DNA from: Octopus sinensis | Lineage: Eukaryota | Length of the DNA: 64,000 nt | Reading direction: 5' to 3' | Assembly: GCF_006345805.1 (NCBI RefSeq) | Contig: NC_043004.1 | Location: forward strand, 63,178,001 to 63,242,000 | Shown: positions 51,593 to 64,000 of the stretch, one piece after another | How positions within the stretch are numbered: the stretch's first letter is position 1 | Layout: each line of letters starts with the position of its first letter | Notes under the pieces: model-generated | Told to the model about the DNA's origin: nothing | The model's input: only the letters and a program-made list of their open reading frames with translations | Databases searched by the model: none | Translations under genes and position numbers: made by a program

Positions 51593-54208
51593 ACTGGTTG
51601 CGAAATTTCGCGTTTATCACATATTTTAGCAGATGTTCAGTCTATGGATAATTTCGTACATTCCACATATGTAGACATACACGTTCATGTGCCTAAACAT
51701 ACATACGCACGCACACTCAAGCGCATATATACGTACATAAGCACACGTGGGCAATCATGTACGAACACTCATACACATATGTATACAAAATTTATGTCGA
51801 GTTTGGTTTATGGTAATGTAAAATTCTGGGTTTGGTGAATAATAAATTTGTGTATACGTTGCAATACCCCGGGTATGTGATGATTGTATACAAAGAAAGA
51901 ATTTGGGACAATATTTGTATAATAATATTTATATAAAACGGGTCCCCTAACGAAGAGGCATTTAAATATTTCAATGGAGAATTACAACATATCCTGGAAC
52001 CTGCAATTATCATTGGACCTGAAATGTAAAAATAATGTTGAAGATATCATGTTAGATTTCCTTAGACTACAGTAACATTACGAGTGGGTTATTAAACCAA
52101 TGAGAGTTTCCAAAAATAGAGCAGACATAACACTCCACATCAAACACATAATGAAACACAAATGCATATACACACATATATATGGGTATTTATATTGACA
52201 AATGTAGGGGCCTGTATGTGTGTATAAGTGGTTTCTAAATATGCATACGCACATCCATATATGGGTGTATGATTTTTTTGTGCGCGCGTGTGTGTGTGTG
52301 TGTTGGGTTTGTGTCTGCAGTTGAACAATTTGCAAGAGATATTTCAGGATATATTTTATAATTACCTGAAGCAATTCCAATCTAGTATAGTTTAATTTAC
52401 GTTACTAGAAAATGTTTGAAAGCTCTCGATAGAATTTCAGGCAACTTGAGCATCAAAGACTTGACATGAATTCTTACTAGCAGTAAAAATCTAAATGTAT
52501 TCCACTGAATTTAAATCTGGTAAGTTTTAAGTAAACTAGCCATATGTTTCATAACCATAAACAATGTCTGGTGGCCATACTAAAGTTTCTATGATTTGTG
52601 TAAAGCCTTCCACCGCTTCCTACATCCAAAGAATTTAACAACAACCTCCGATATTATTCAACTTATTCACCTTCAGTACCGACTACACTTAAAACTACCA
52701 CGTTCCTAGAGACATAATGTGCATCTATCTAGGGGCATTAGCTAACCCTGCAGATAACCATTTTCGTATATCTGTGCAGACACGAATCGGTTCTCTTCAA
52801 TATGTACAATATGTAACGAATTTGTGGGGGATCGAATCACGAGCAAAAGCATATATGCTTTATATGATTACTGAAGGTATGATACCACTAGATAACACGG
52901 GATTTGAAGCCTAGCATATTAGATCTACTTTCATGTCAATACCTATAGTTGTTTTTTTCATATTCCATCAGTTTTCCCAGTTTTCTGTTATCTGCTCCGA
53001 TTGCCAAGATCTTTTCTTTGTATGCAGCAACCAAAAGCATGCAAGGATTGATGCCTTCAATTATTTACTGTTACTTTTTTTGTTTATCCAACATGTTCAG
53101 GTAGCAGTTATATATTTCTAAATAAATTACGCCCATGTAATCAAGAAAGTGACCCAAGCCGAGATACTCAGGCGTCTCACGAAAGCGGCGACTGAGTGAA
53201 GTTCTCTGGTGATCTGCCTCAGAATAATCGCATTGAATGGTGTTGCAGGTATACATCATCATATTCGTATCCCTGTGTTCATAGTTTTAAATCTAGGTAT
53301 AATCGTTCACTTTGTTCATTGCTGGTTAACAACTAAGTGTGACAAATTATCAAAGTGGTTCTGAAGGTAATGCATTTGATGATTTTAGATTGATGATATT
53401 AGATTGATATTTTGATTAATATTAGAGTGAAGTTGAAAGAAAAGAAAGCATGTTCTCTACAATTTCAAAGTGGTTACCTTCTTTATGAACCGCCAAGTAA
53501 TATCTTTGCAACCAGTGTGAAGAATGACCGTTCATTTGTCTCATAAAATTGAAGCCCGTCGAAAATACCTTCTTCTCAATGCTCAGCAGTAAGAATGCCC
53601 TGCATATTTAATTATAACTGCCATCTGTTCTACTCAAAGTCTTCACAAACGCATTTTGAATATGACTTTAAATGTCCACTGGACGTTAAATAATCTTATC
53701 AATTTCATCCAACCTCTCATGTTTTCTCTCAGATGCCACTGTCTATCAATCAGTTTCCATACTAGATTTACTATGCCAGAGGCTATTAAAGCAGGTATTC
53801 TTGTTACATCTACTCAGCAATTTCAGGAAACAAATCAACGATCGGAAAATTCATAGAGTTTAGAGCTTAGTCACCGTAGTATGATATCGTTTGTAAAACC
53901 AGGGCGTTTGTGTCGTGATACCCAATCACTTAGCAGAGGGACCATTTCTCATTCATCCATCATAATTGCTATTATGTAGAAACATCTATTTTATGCGTCA
54001 TATGGAACTCTTTGAATAGTCACCATTCTCTTGGCACATATATAAATATACCAACTTCTGCAATGAAGCATTGACTATCATTGCAATAAAACGAAATCTT
54101 TGTATTTGAGTGTGCTCGTGTGTGCGTGGGTGAGTGTGCACGTGTGTATCTGTTTGCGTGCTCATGTGAGTGAGTGTGTGAGTACTATGTGTGTGAATGT
54201 TTGTGTGA

Positions 54209-54261
<53 letters not shown>

Positions 54262-54529
54262 CTCAATTTATATCGAGAATATCAGTCCGCAACTGTCCAC
54301 CTCATAGCCATCCGATGCATGCGATAGTACGCACATATACTCTGCCTCCCTACTGGTCAGTCTACAATGGTCGTATTCTTCTTCGATGCACTAGCCCCAC
54401 GGTGTAAGCCTATCCGTGGCGAGTTCCGTGCCGTATATTTGGACGTGATTAAGCAAGGTATCCAATTGATCTATGCCATTTTCTTGAACAAGTGAGTTTA
54501 TAACCTAGTTTCACCTCCCTGAATATATA

Positions 54530-54717
54530 AAAACATCCTCATTCCTACAATTCCTTATCAACAATTACTACACTTCTGTATCCCCTATCTCCTTAACGAA
54601 GCTCTTATTCTAGCTAAAAACTTTACTAACCTGACCCTCTAAGAAATAGACTTAATTCTAACTGCTAGGAAGGTACGAATTTTCTTCGATGATAAGCTTT
54701 GGTGCCGATGAACATTC

Positions 54718-54775
<58 letters not shown>

Positions 54776-54970
54776 GCAACAATTTGTTTGATATAACTAT
54801 GGGCCCCCCTTACTCTGCTCAGGTTACGGATCTGGTCGGACCATACCTCAGTCAGTGACTCCTCATGTAATACCAAGTGAAGTTTGTATAGGTACGATGC
54901 ATTGGTGGTTACTATGTACCCATCTAGACCGTCAATAGAGAAGACTAGACAATATTTACAGAACTTCTTT
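54530..54970 (+). mobile_element. Penelope-like RT fragment, same family as 43620-44010
   Basis: Colinear nucleotide similarity (CTGACCCTCTAAGAAATAGAC..GATGATAAGCTTTGGTGCCGAT..GATATAACT), with an (AAT)n tract at the same position. Confidence 0.75.
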
Positions 54971-54974
54971 GCTC

Positions 54975-57900
54975 AGAGAGCGACCAGCGAGAGAGAGAGA
55001 GGGGGAGAGAGAGAAAATACGTGCACAGTATCACAAATATGATTACTATCAGCAATAAGTATTGTCAAACGAAATATTATGTGAGAAAATATGATGTATA
55101 AACCAGAGTGAGGAAAGAAATATATCGGTAGCGAAGAACTTACAAGACTTTCGAAACCGGTTCGTTATTATTCCTGCTGTTCCTGAAATATAAATGGAAA
55201 GCAGAAACATATATTACTGCTGTGATTTCTGTAGTTGGCTTATGGAATAAAATACAACATTAAGAAATGATTGAACACTGGTGTCGATGTAATCGACTTA
55301 CATCTTTCCCAAAACGGATGGCATTGTTTCAGACATTGAGAGCAATATGAAAAGATTTGAACGGAGAGCTTGCAGAAGAGTATGCCTTGCAGAGAGTTCA
55401 GCATCATTTTTCCCATGCTTACGTTCTTAGCTGTGGATTAATTCTCCTTTGATACTTGGTGAGTGATAAAATAAGAAAAGTTGAATCACTAGTGACAATA
55501 TAATCAATGTACACACTTCTCCGGCATATGCTGAAATTCTTCCCATATTTGAAAATAATATGAATAAAATATTGTAGTCCGAAGCTGAGTTTAATTCATA
55601 TTCGCGTCCCAAAATAAGATTGATATATCGACAGGATACAGAAATGATCAAGGGTAAGTATGAAATAATTTTAGAAAGAGAGCATCGACATTCTGTGGTT
55701 TATGTTACGCACTAAAATTAAAATACCAGTGAAAGAATCAAGATTAATTATTAACTGAAGAGTAGAAATTTAGAAATGGGCACGTGAATCAAGGAAAATA
55801 TCTATTAAAAGACATTCTTGAATGGAATGTGCTATATCTTTGTCAATGAATCAGTTATTTCCTCCATCAGCCATTACTTGAAAGGTAATATTTCACTGAT
55901 CATTCGTCTTTACTGTATTCTAGCAATTATTTGCTGCTTCAAAACACTAGTGTCTGCCTATTATATCAAATCAGGACACTCCTTATTTCGATAGCTTCTG
56001 TTGTCAAAATTGACTATAAATGTTGTTTTGATACGAGTACTGTGGTCCCTGACATCATGTGTATTTAATAGGCTGTATTGGATTCAATTGAATAGCCGTT
56101 CGTGGTACCCTGTATGGATAACCACACATACATGTATATATACCCACATTTATAGGCAGGTATGTATGTACGTACTTGTGTATGTATGTATGTAAGCATG
56201 TATCTACGTGTGTATGTATGTAAGCATGTATGTATGCATGTATGTATGTATGTATATATGTATGTATGCATGTATGTATGTATGTATGTATGTATAGCGT
56301 ATAAGATGGAGGTTGTCCTGGATAGATCTGCCGCCGATTAGTCCACACACGATACGCGCCAACATTTTTGCTAATACCAAAATCTTCAAATCTCAATTAA
56401 GCGGAGTGATGGGCCTGAAATTGTCTATTTTATCCCCGTTGTTTGAGTCATTTCTTAGTAGCACCACGATCCCCCGGCAAACAGATTTGGGTATTAATAA
56501 ATTTTATGTAGCATTAAATGATTTCATCTTAATATACATCAATGTATAATGAGTCAAACTTCTAAAAGTTAAAATTTAAACAGATTAGATTTTACAGGCA
56601 AATTTTGTTGGGCTATTCTGTGTTGCAGACGTTTATACCCAGGCAAGTGTCTTAGATTTAAGACACCATTTTTATATACTTACTTCTACCTGCCTATCAG
56701 TGTTTTCCTAATGGGTAGTCAGTGAGCAACCAGAGAGAGAGAGAGAGAGAGAGATGTACAAGGTATTACATACATGGTAATTATCAGCATTAAGGATTGT
56801 TTTGAAATTAGATTTAAGACACCATTTTTATATACTTACTTCTACCTAGTGATTTCGTAGTGAGCTACATTTGGTAAATTAATATTCTATGGTATACGTT
56901 ATCCATTCCTTGTAATGGCAGAATAAGGAAGTAGTGAAATATTGATATTTTCAAGAATACACATATACTTTGTATCTATGTATAGTACAATATTTATAAT
57001 GTTATCCGTCGTGGTTTCAAAATGCAAATCAACTTAGTGAAACCAACGTAGGACTGGATTTTGTCAGAAGAAACTTTAAGGCAAATTGATTCAGCTTTCT
57101 GTACTTAGTGAAAGGAGTGCATTCCTTGAGACATTAGGAAGCACTGCAACATATATTACCTGAAACATTTTCAAAATTCAGGACTGTAATCTTAGTTACA
57201 TCTATGGTTGCACCAGAACTCAATGTTTCACCATCCGGTCAAATATACTGGACATGCAAATACTGGTTTTATTTGGAGCATCCCTGACGGAGCCAGATCG
57301 GAGTGGGAATCAGTCAGATGCTGGCTGCAGTATGAATTGCGTGAAGGTCGCAATCAGCCTAACCGCCACAGAATTATGCCTCGTAACACCAGAATTCTTC
57401 TGAACACATCCCTGTCCATCAAGTGAAAAGACTTACTGATGTCAATATAGCCAGCAATCGTCTCCAAACGAGAGCTTCGCACAAGCTCGATGAGTAATTC
57501 GAAAGTAACTACCTGGTCAATAGTTCATCTATTTCGTGTAAATACTGAAACCTCCCGCTGCTGAAATGAGAGGCATGCAGATTATTTCGCCCTCTGTTGA
57601 GAACAACTATGCCAAATCTCTAGGGCAAGAAGTTGAGTACAACATTTGAATAGAATTTACGGTTGGGTTTTTCATCTTTACATTTCTTGGCAAAGACAGA
57701 AAGCTACTGCTACAAATAAAGCATATGACCTGTTTTCCTAATGGATAGTCAGTGAGCAACCAGAGAGAGAGAGAGAGAGAGAGAGTTGTGCAAGGTATTA
57801 CATACATGGTAATTATCAGCAATAAGGATTGTCAAATGAAATATGTGAGAAAATATGATGTATAAACCAGAGTGAGGATAGAAATATATCGGTAGCGAAG

Positions 57901-60900
57901 AACTTACAAGACTGTCAAAGGACCCGGTTCGCCTGCAACCACCCTGTTACTGAAATATAAATGGAAAGCAGAAACATATATTACTGATGTGATTTCTGTA
58001 TTTGGCTTATGGAATAAAATACGACATTAAGAAATGATTGAACACTGGTGTCGATGTAATCGACTTACATCTTTCCAAAAACGGATGGCATTGTTTCAGA
58101 CATTGAGAGCAATATGAAAAGATTTTAAGGGAGAGCTTGCAGAAGAGTATGCCATGCAGAGAGTTCAGCATCATTTTGCCCATGCTTACGATCTTAGCTG
58201 TGGATTAATCCACCTTTGATACTTGGTGAGTGATAAAATAAGAAAAGTTGAATCACTAGTGACAATATAATCAATGTAAACACTTCTCAGACATATGCTG
58301 ACATTCTTCCCATATTTGAAAATAATATGAATAAAATATTCTAGTTCGAATCTGTGTTTAATTTATATTCGCGTCCCAAAATAAGATTGATATATCGACA
58401 GGATACAGAAATGATCAAGGGTAAGTATGAAATAATTTTAGAAAGAGATCATCGAAATTCTGTTGTTTATGTTACGCACTAAAATTAAAATACCAGTGAA
58501 AGAATCAAGATTAATTATTAACTGAAGAGTAGAAATTTAGAAATGGGCACGTGAATCAAGGAAAATATCTATTAAAAGACATTCTTGAATGGAATGTGCT
58601 ATATCTTTGTCAATGAATCAGTTATTTCCTCCATCAGCCATTACTTGAAAGGTAATATTTCACTGATCATTCGTCTTTACTGTGTTCTAGCAATTATTTG
58701 CTGCTTCAAAACACTAGTGTCTGCCTATTATATCAAATCAGGACACTCCTTATTTTGATAACTTCTGTTGTCAAAATTGACTATAAATGTTGTTTTGATA
58801 CAAGTACTGTGGTCCCTGACATCCTGTGTATTTAATTGGCTGTATTGGATTCAATTGAATAGCCGTTCGTGGCATCCTGTATGGATAACCACACATACAT
58901 GTATATATACCCACATTTATAGGCAGGTATGTATGTACGTACGTGTGTATGTATGTATGTAAGCATGTATGTACGTGTGTATGTATGTAAGCATGTATGT
59001 ATGCATGTATGTATAGCGTATAAGATGGAGGTTGTCCTGGATAGATCTGCCGCCGATTAGTCCACACGCGATACTCGCCAACATTTCTGCTAATACCTCG
59101 GCCAAAATCTTCAAATCTCAATTAAACGGAGTGATGGGCCTGAAATTGTCTATTTTATCCCCGTTGTTTGAGTCCTTTCTTAGCAGCACCACGATCCTCC
59201 GGCAAACAGATTTGGGTATTGATAAATTTTATGTAGCATTAAATGATTTCATCTTAATATACATCAATGTATAATGAGTCAAACTTCTAAACGTTAAAAT
59301 TTAAACAGATTAGATTTTACAGGCAAATTTTGTTGGGCTATTCTGCGTTGCAGACGTTTATACCCAGGCAAGTGTCTTAGATTTAAGACACCATTTTTAT
59401 ATACTTACTTCTACCTAGTGATTTCGTAGTGAGCTACATTTGGTAAATTAATATTCTATGGTATACGTTATCCATTCCTTGTAATGGCAGAATAAGGAAG
59501 TAGTGAAATATTGATATTTTCAAGAATACACATATACTTTGTATCTATGTATAGTACAATATTTATAATGTTATCCGTCGTGGTTTCAAAATGCAAATCA
59601 ACTTAGTGAAACCAACGTAGGACTGGATTTTGTCAGAAGAAACTTTAAGGCAAATTGATTCAGCTTTCTGTACTTAGTGAAAGGAGTGCATTCCTTGAGA
59701 CATTAGGAAGCACTGCAACATATATTACCTGAAACATTTTCAAAATTCAGGACTGTAATCTTAGTTACATCTATGGTTGCACCAGAACTCAATGTTTCAC
59801 CATCCGGTCAAATATACTGGACATGCAAATACTGGTTTTATTTGGAGCATCCCTGACGGAGCCAGATCGGAGTGGGAATCAGTCAGATGCTGGCTGCAGT
59901 ATGAATTGCGTGAAGGTCGCAATCAGCCTAACCGCCACAGAATTATGCCTCGTAACACCAGAATTCTTCTGAACACATCCCTGTCCATCAAGTGAAAAGA
60001 CTTACTGATGTCAATATAGCCAGCAATCGTCTCCAAACGAGAGCTTCGCACAAGCTCGATGAGTAATTCGAAAGTAACTACCTGGTCAATAGTTCATCTA
60101 TTTCGTGTAAATACTGAAACCTCCCGCTGCTGAAATGAGAGGCATGCAGATTATTTCGCCCTCTGTTGAGAACAACTATGCCAAATCTCTAGGGCAAGAA
60201 GTTGAGTACAACATTTGAATAGAATTTACGGTTGGGTTTTTCATCTTTACATTTCTTGGCAAAGACAGAAAGCTACTGCTACAAATAAAGCATATGACCT
60301 GTTTTCCTAATGGATAGTCAGTGAGCAACCAGAGAGAGAGAGAGAGAGAGAGAGTTGTGCAAGGTATTACATACATGGTAATTATCAGCAATAAGGATTG
60401 TCAAATGAAATATGTGAGAAAATATGATGTATAAACCAGAGTGAGGATAGAAATATATCGGTAGCGAAGAACTTACAAGACTGTCAAAGGACCCGGTTCG
60501 CCTGCAACCACCCTGTTACTGAAATATAAATGGAAAGCAGAAACATATATTACTGATGTGATTTCTGTATTTGGCTTATGGAATAAAATACGACATTAAG
60601 AAATGATTGAACACTGGTGTCGATGTAATCGACTTACATCTTTCCAAAAACGGATGGCATTGTTTCAGACATTGAGAGCAATATGAAAAGATTTTAAGGG
60701 AGAGCTTGCAGAAGAGTATGCCATGCAGAGAGTTCAGCATCATTTTGCCCATGCTTACGATCTTAGCTGTGGATTAATCCACCTTTGATACTTGGTGAGT
60801 GATAAAATAAGAAAAGTTGAATCACTAGTGACAATATAATCAATGTAAACACTTCTCAGACATATGCTGACATTCTTCCCATATTTGAAAATAATATGAA

Positions 60901-63900
60901 TAAAATATTCTAGTTCGAATCTGTGTTTAATTTATATTCGCGTCCCAAAATAAGATTGATATATCGACAGGATACAGAAATGATCAAGGGTAAGTATGAA
61001 ATAATTTTAGAAAGAGATCATCGAAATTCTGTTGTTTATGTTACGCACTAAAATTAAAATACCAGTGAAAGAATCAAGATTAATTATTAACTGAAGAGTA
61101 GAAATTTAGAAATGGGCACGTGAATCAAGGAAAATATCTATTAAAAGACATTCTTGAATGGAATGTGCTATATCTTTGTCAATGAATCAGTTATTTCCTC
61201 CATCAGCCATTACTTGAAAGGTAATATTTCACTGATCATTCGTCTTTACTGTGTTCTAGCAATTATTTGCTGCTTTAAAACACTAGTGTCTGCCTATTAT
61301 ATCAAATCAGGACACTCCTTATTTGATAACTTCTGTTGTCAAAATTGACTATAAATGTTGTTTTGATACAAGTACTGTGGTCCCTGACATCCTGTGTATT
61401 TAATTGGCTGTATTGGATTCAATTGAATAGCCGTTCGTGGCATCCTGTATGGATAACCACACATACATGTATATATACCCACATTTATAGGCAGGTATGT
61501 ATGTACGTACGTGTGTATGTATGTATGTAAGCATGTATGTACGTGTGTATGTATGTAAGCATGTATGTATGCATGTATGTATAGCGTATAAGATGGAGGT
61601 TGTCCTGGATAGATCTGCCGCCGATTAGTCCACACGCGATACTCGCCAACATTTCTGCTAATACCTCGGCCAAAATCTTCAAATCTCAATTAAGCGGAGT
61701 GATGGGCCTGAAATTGTCTATTTTATCCCCGTTGTTTGAGTCCTTTCTTAGCAGCACCACGATCCTCCGGCAAACAGATTTGGGTATTGATAAATTTTAT
61801 GTAGCATTAAATGATTTCATCTTAATATACGTCAATGTATAATGAGTCAAACTTCTAAACGTTAAAATTTAAACAGATTAGATTTTACAGGCAAATTTTG
61901 TTGGGCTATTCTGCGTTGCAGACGTTTATACCCAGGCAAGTGTCTTAGATTTAAGACACCATTTTTATATACTTACTTCTACCTAGTGATTTCGTAGTGA
62001 GCTACATTTGGTAAATTAATATTCTATGGTATACGTTATCCATTCCTTGTAATGGCAGAATAAGGAAGTAGTGAAATATTGATATTTTCAAGAATACACA
62101 TATACTTTGTATCTATGTATAGTACAATATTTATAATGTTATCCGTCGTGGTTTCAAAATGCAAATCAACTTAGTGAAACCAACGTAGGACTGGATTTTG
62201 TCAGAAGAAACTTTAAGGCAAATTGATTCAGCTTTCTGTACTTAGTGAAAGGAGTGCATTCCTTGAGACATTAGGAAGCACTGCAACATATATTACCTGA
62301 AACATTTTCAAAATTCAGGACTGTAATCTTAGTTACATCTATGGTTGCACCAGAACTCAATGTTTCACCATCCGGTCAAATATACTGGACATGCAAATAC
62401 TGGTTTTATTTGGAGCATCCCTGACGGAGCCAGATCGGAGTGGGAATCAGTCAGATGCTGGCTGCAGTATGAATTGCGTGAAGGTCGCAATCAGCCTAAC
62501 CGCCACAGAATTATGCCTCGTAACACCAGAATTCTTCTGAACACATCCCTGTCCATCAAGTGAAAAGACTTACTGATGTCAATATAGCCAGCAATCGTCT
62601 CCAAACGAGAGCTTCGCACAAGCTCGATGAGTAATTCGAAAGTAACTACCTGGTCAATAGTTCATCTATTTCGTGTAAATACTGAAACCTCCCGCTGCTG
62701 AAATGAGAGGCATGCAGATTATTTCGCCCTCTGTTGAGAACAACTATGCCAAATCTCTAGGGCAAGAAGTTGAGTACAACATTTGAATAGAATTTACGGT
62801 TGGGTTTTTCATCTTTACATTTCTTGGCAAAGACAGAAAGCTACTGCTACAAATAAAGCATATGACCTGTTTTCCTAATGGATAGTCAGTGAGCAACCAG
62901 AGAGAGAGAGAGAGAGAGAGAGTTGTGCAAGGTATTACATACATGGTAATTATCAGCAATAAGGATTGTCAAATGAAATATGTGAGAAAATATGATGTAT
63001 AAACCAGAGTGAGGATAGAAATATATCGGTAGCGAAGAACTTACAAGACTGTCAAAGGACCCGGTTCGCCTGCAACCACCCTGTTACTGAAATATAAATG
63101 GAAAGCAGAAACATATATTACTGATGTGATTTCTGTATTTGGCTTATGGAATAAAATACGACATTAAGAAATGATTGAACACTGGTGTCGATGTAATCGA
63201 CTTACATCTTTCCAAAAACGGATGGCATTGTTTCAGACATTGAGAGCAATATGAAAAGATTTTAAGGGAGAGCTTGCAGAAGAGTATGCCATGCAGAGAG
63301 TTCAGCATCATTTTGCCCATGCTTACGATCTTAGCTGTGGATTAATCCACCTTTGATACTTGGTGAGTGATAAAATAAGAAAAGTTGAATCACTAGTGAC
63401 AATATAATCAATGTAAACACTTCTCAGACATATGCTGACATTCTTCCCATATTTGAAAATAATATGAATAAAATATTCTAGTTCGAATCTGTGTTTAATT
63501 TATATTCGCGTCCCAAAATAAGATTGATATATCGACAGGATACAGAAATGATCAAGGGTAAGTATGAAATAATTTTAGAAAGAGATCATCGAAATTCTGT
63601 TGTTTATGTTACGCACTAAAATTAAAATACCAGTGAAAGAATCAAGATTAATTATTAACTGAAGAGTAGAAATTTAGAAATGGGCACGTGAATCAAGGAA
63701 AATATCTATTAAAAGACATTCTTGAATGGAATGTGCTATATCTTTGTCAATGAATCAGTTATTTCCTCCATCAGCCATTACTTGAAAGGTAATATTTCAC
63801 TGATCATTCGTCTTTACTGTGTTCTAGCAATTATTTGCTGCTTCAAAACACTAGTGTCTGCCTATTATATCAAATCAGGACACTCCTTATTTTGATAACT

Positions 63901-64000
63901 TCTGTTGTCAAAATTGACTATAAATGTTGTTTTGATACAAGTACTGTGGTCCCTGACATCCTGTGTATTTAATTGGCTGTATTGGATTCAATTGAATAGC
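54975..64000. repeat. 2.57-kb tandem segmental repeat, about 3.5 units, running off the window end
   Basis: Equivalent positions at about 54975, 57750, 60319 and 62887 (periods about 2775, 2569, 2568). Units 2-4 differ by a handful of bases; unit 1 is more diverged. Confidence 0.97.
56293..56500 (-). mobile_element. L1/Tx1 RT N-terminal fragment inside the 2.57-kb unit (also about 59012-59220 and 61580-61788)
   Basis: RGIVVLLR..GDKIDNFRPITPLN*DLKIL..AKMLA..GRSIQDNLHLIRY. Confidence 0.8.

Noticed and set aside
55125-55170. CGAAGA..GAAACCGGTT hammerhead-like remnant
   Set aside because: Core lacks U4, stem I does not pair, and the motif is absent from units 2-4.
57208-57426. 72-aa ORF occurring three times identically
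   Set aside because: Recurrence simply reflects the 2.57-kb repeat; no motif and no splice or start evidence.

Overview
AT-rich, microsatellite-dense eukaryotic DNA. The SINE, RTE and Penelope repertoire points to an octopus (coleoid cephalopod) genome; this is inference, not a database match. Reading splice sites by hand recovers one multi-exon gene on the minus strand from about 40.1 kb to 1.0 kb. It encodes a divergent type II membrane M13 (neprilysin/ECE-like) metallopeptidase, with 13 phase-compatible exons, one probable short exon and two ambiguous stalk exons. The HExxH exon lies beyond position 1 and the N-terminal exon(s) were not resolved. The introns and the upstream region contain decayed L1/Tx1, RLE-type (R4/Dong/NeSL-like), RTE, CR1-like and Penelope-like retroelements, a mariner relic, a Helitron-like element and many tRNA-derived SINEs. 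The most striking feature is a near-perfect 492-bp tandem array (35433-37265), bounded by (TA)n and capped by an inverted partial copy. Each unit carries a type I hammerhead ribozyme with an intact catalytic core, in the same orientation as the host pre-mRNA, making it a candidate retrozyme or circular-RNA source. At least six further hammerhead-like motifs or relics occur, two of them in the tail of what appears to be a tRNA-headed SINE. A 2.57-kb tandem segmental repeat fills 55-64 kb. Almost all ORFs in the supplied track are microsatellite or transposon artefacts.
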